Shown piece after piece: positions 26,044 through 28,057 of a stretch of DNA of 28,057 nt. Both the position numbers and the translations under genes were made by a program. The stretch is from the IMG/VR virus record IMGVR_UViG_3300012667_000118, positions 1 to 28,057 of that record. One strand, 5' to 3'. The notes under the pieces are model-generated. The model worked only from the letters and a program-made list of their open reading frames with translations, searched no databases and was not told the DNA's origin. Numbering within the stretch: the first letter of the stretch is position 1; each line of letters opens with the position of its first letter. The stretch is from a virus. Its lineage: Duplodnaviria > Caudoviricetes.

Positions 26044-26439
26044 TTAGGTTAATTTTGTAAATCTGAAATCTAATTGTGTTACCATTAGGTCACCTTCGAA
26101 ACTGGTACCAATGTCAACTTCCCGCTTAAAATAATTGGTTGTAGTTGATACCACATCGGTTCCGCTGCTTAGGCTTGTAACTACGGCATCATAATTAGAT
26201 GGTAGATTCTTTGCATCTGTTGTGAGGTAAACACTGACGCTGTGAACTTCTTGTGATACTCCGTGATTTCCCAATACCGGTATAAGCATTTCACGGGCCT
26301 TTTGGTCCATATCTACATATACTTTCTTTGGATTCTTTAGATACATCGCTGTATTACTGCTGGTAAATGGCAGTTCCATACTAACCGCAAAGTTAGTAAG
26401 GGTCAAAGTTTTGAAATACGCTAGAAGTTCTGTTCTCAT
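26044..26439 (-). CDS. Tail terminator-like protein
   Basis: Size and position before the major tail gene. Confidence 0.6.
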   Translation of the reverse strand: MRTELLAYFKTLTLTNFAVSMELPFTSSNTAMYLKNPKKVYVDMDQKAREMLIPVLGNHGVSQEVHSVSVYLTTDAKNLPSNYDAVVTSLSSGTDVVSTTTNYFKREVDIGTSFEGDLMVTQLDFRFTKLT

Positions 26440-26948
26440 CTTGATCTCTTTAGGTTATACACCCACGGCTGCTTTTCGTTACTTGCAATGGCTCCCGAAT
26501 CGTCAAAATCATACCAGTCACCTGCTGTGATTAATTCGCCAAACAGTTTCTCACCGCGTGCTGCATAATAGGCCATCTTGCGTTGTTCGGCATTATCTGT
26601 AGCCCCAAAATCAGCGATTCTAGGTAAGATATAGTCGGACATTCCAACGGCTATGCATAGGTCAGTAAAGTCTTGTTTGCGACTTTCAATTCGATTTGGA
26701 TCCAATGCTGGAACATCGGCAGAAGTGCTGATAACAGCGTTTGGACTACGGCTTATATAGTAACGCTGCCACCAGTCACTGGAACGCAATCTGGATAAGA
26801 TACGCCCAGTGGCTTTGATTAAAGCATCTTCAATGATAGTTTCAGTGAGGCCCTCGTTAGTTTCGAATAAGCGTTGGTCAGCGGCTTGAACATCTTCATA
26901 TTCAGCAAATGCCACAACGTTATTGGAGATTAATAGAAAGGCCATCAT
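26436..26948 (-). CDS. Head-tail adaptor
   Basis: Directly after MCP; helical, EDALIKAT..I...L pattern. Confidence 0.65.
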   Translation of the reverse strand: MMAFLLISNNVVAFAEYEDVQAADQRLFETNEGLTETIIEDALIKATGRILSRLRSSDWWQRYYISRSPNAVISTSADVPALDPNRIESRKQDFTDLCIAVGMSDYILPRIADFGATDNAEQRKMAYYAARGEKLFGELITAGDWYDFDDSGAIASNEKQPWVYNLKRSR

Positions 26949-26959
26949 TATCCCCTAGA

Positions 26960-27832
26960 TTACAAAGTGCCTTCGGAAGTGATACGAACACCGTGTGTTG
27001 CACGGATTACAGCAGCACCAGCAACAGCCTTCAACACAACATCAGTTGCACGAGCGGCTGGAAGGTAAAGACTGTTCATCTCAACACCACCACGCTCTGC
27101 TAAGCCGATTGCTGTAGGAGCAAACACAGCACCTTTGTATGCAGTTGCACCACCAGTAGTGTCAGCAGCAACCAATGGGCTTTCGATGATAGTAACACCA
27201 CCGATAGAACCAATGATACCAGCAGCCAATACTTGGTTACCAACATCGCTCAATGCACCAACGCCTGGGGCATTAGAATAAGGAGCAGTAACAGCCAACG
27301 ACTTTTTCAATGCATAAGCAGCGGCTGGGTGAACAACAGCGTAGTATGGTCCTTGAACTTTAGCAGCACGTAGGGTAGCAGCAGCCTTCATAACCAATTC
27401 AGCAGTCAATTCTGTAGAAGTGGATCCAACATCGCTGGATAAGTTAGCAAAAGTAGCGAACACAGTAGTGTCTAAACTCTCACCGATTGCAGCACCGCTT
27501 TGAACAGCCAAGTCGCTCATTACATCGCCGTAAGCGCTGTCACGTAACGAATCAGTGATCTGATTGTAAACAACGTGTTCAGCCAATGTGATTGTAGGAG
27601 CAGTTGTGCCAGTTTCCTTAGCAGTTGCAACTTCTTCATCTGTCAACACTTGAGCAGTGATCGAGCCCCATACTGGAACTTGAACAACTTTACCACTGTT
27701 CATTGGAACTGGGAAAGTCTTAACTAAGTTACGAGCAATACTTTGCTCATACATTGCAAACTCGGAGTCTGCAACGAAGTTAGCGAATAATTCGCTGTTT
27801 TGGCTTGTGTTGTTGTTTGATGGAAATGTCAT
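26960..27832 (-). CDS. Major capsid protein (HK97 fold)
   Basis: 290 aa after scaffold; GKVVQVP, YYAVVHP..AY.LKK, G.IG.IGGV.IIES motifs; strong codon bias. Confidence 0.9.
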   Translation of the reverse strand: MTFPSNNNTSQNSELFANFVADSEFAMYEQSIARNLVKTFPVPMNSGKVVQVPVWGSITAQVLTDEEVATAKETGTTAPTITLAEHVVYNQITDSLRDSAYGDVMSDLAVQSGAAIGESLDTTVFATFANLSSDVGSTSTELTAELVMKAAATLRAAKVQGPYYAVVHPAAAYALKKSLAVTAPYSNAPGVGALSDVGNQVLAAGIIGSIGGVTIIESPLVAADTTGGATAYKGAVFAPTAIGLAERGGVEMNSLYLPAARATDVVLKAVAGAAVIRATHGVRITSEGTL

Positions 27833-27844
27833 AATAATATCCTT

Positions 27845-28057
27845 TTATTTTGTTTTTCTCGATTCCTGATACATTTTCCGATGTTCGGGGTTCTTCATAT
27901 CTAGTTTCGAAATATCTAGTTTTGTTTGACCTTGCCCCACATTAGATTTACTCTGGGTTGTTGCCGGTGTAGGTTGGACAAAGTGAGGATTAGTTTGGAG
28001 AAACTCGGATACTAAATCTTCTACTTTGAAAGGGGTTCCGGAGTCGGTATAACGAAT
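27845..28057 (-). CDS. Capsid scaffolding protein, 3' part (wraps the origin)
   Basis: Same frame continues ...EFLQTNPHFVQPTPATTQSKSNVGQGQTKLDISKLDMKNPEHRKMYQESRKTK*; stop 12 nt before the MCP ATG. Confidence 0.85.
   Translation of the reverse strand: MRYTDSGTPFKVEDLVSEFLQTNPHFVQPTPATTQSKSNVGQGQTKLDISKLDMKNPEHRKMYQESRKTK
28003..28057. repeat. Terminal 55-bp direct repeat, copy 2 (circular assembly overlap)
   Basis: Identical to 1-55. Confidence 0.97.

Noticed and set aside
753-27103. Plus-strand ORFs and nested alternate-frame minus ORFs in the track
   Set aside because: They are shadows of well-supported minus-strand genes, with no motifs or convincing RBS
1-28057. Stop-codon reassignment or tRNA genes
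   Set aside because: Genes tile densely under the standard code, and no cloverleaf with T-loop consensus was seen in the gaps

Overview
The window is a complete, circularly assembled genome of a small tailed phage: 28,002 bp unique, with bases 1-55 repeated at 28003-28057 and the scaffold gene reading across the join. All credible genes are on the minus strand. It carries a full siphovirus-type morphogenesis set: terS, terL, portal, scaffold, major capsid protein, head-tail proteins, major tail protein, a tail chaperone pair with a lambda-type GGGAAAG -1 frameshift, tape measure, tail-tip genes and two large fibre proteins. A methyltransferase and a glycosyltransferase-like gene sit between terS and terL. 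The non-structural block is very small: two HNH-like genes, Zn-finger and coiled-coil ORFs, and one stand-alone 347-aa family-A-like (TV-Pol-like) polymerase. I could not recognise a sigma factor, helicase, SSB, integrase, repressor or endolysin. Three observations stand out. (1) Most larger intergenic gaps carry the T4-type late promoter core TAAATA on the coding strand although no gp55/gp33/gp45 is encoded, which suggests dependence on a T4-like/jumbo helper phage. (2) A perfect 37-bp direct repeat brackets the catalytic domain of the polymerase. (3) A promoter- and terminator-delimited, highly structured ~190-nt unit lies just upstream of the polymerase gene. All function calls come from motifs recognised by eye; no searches were run.
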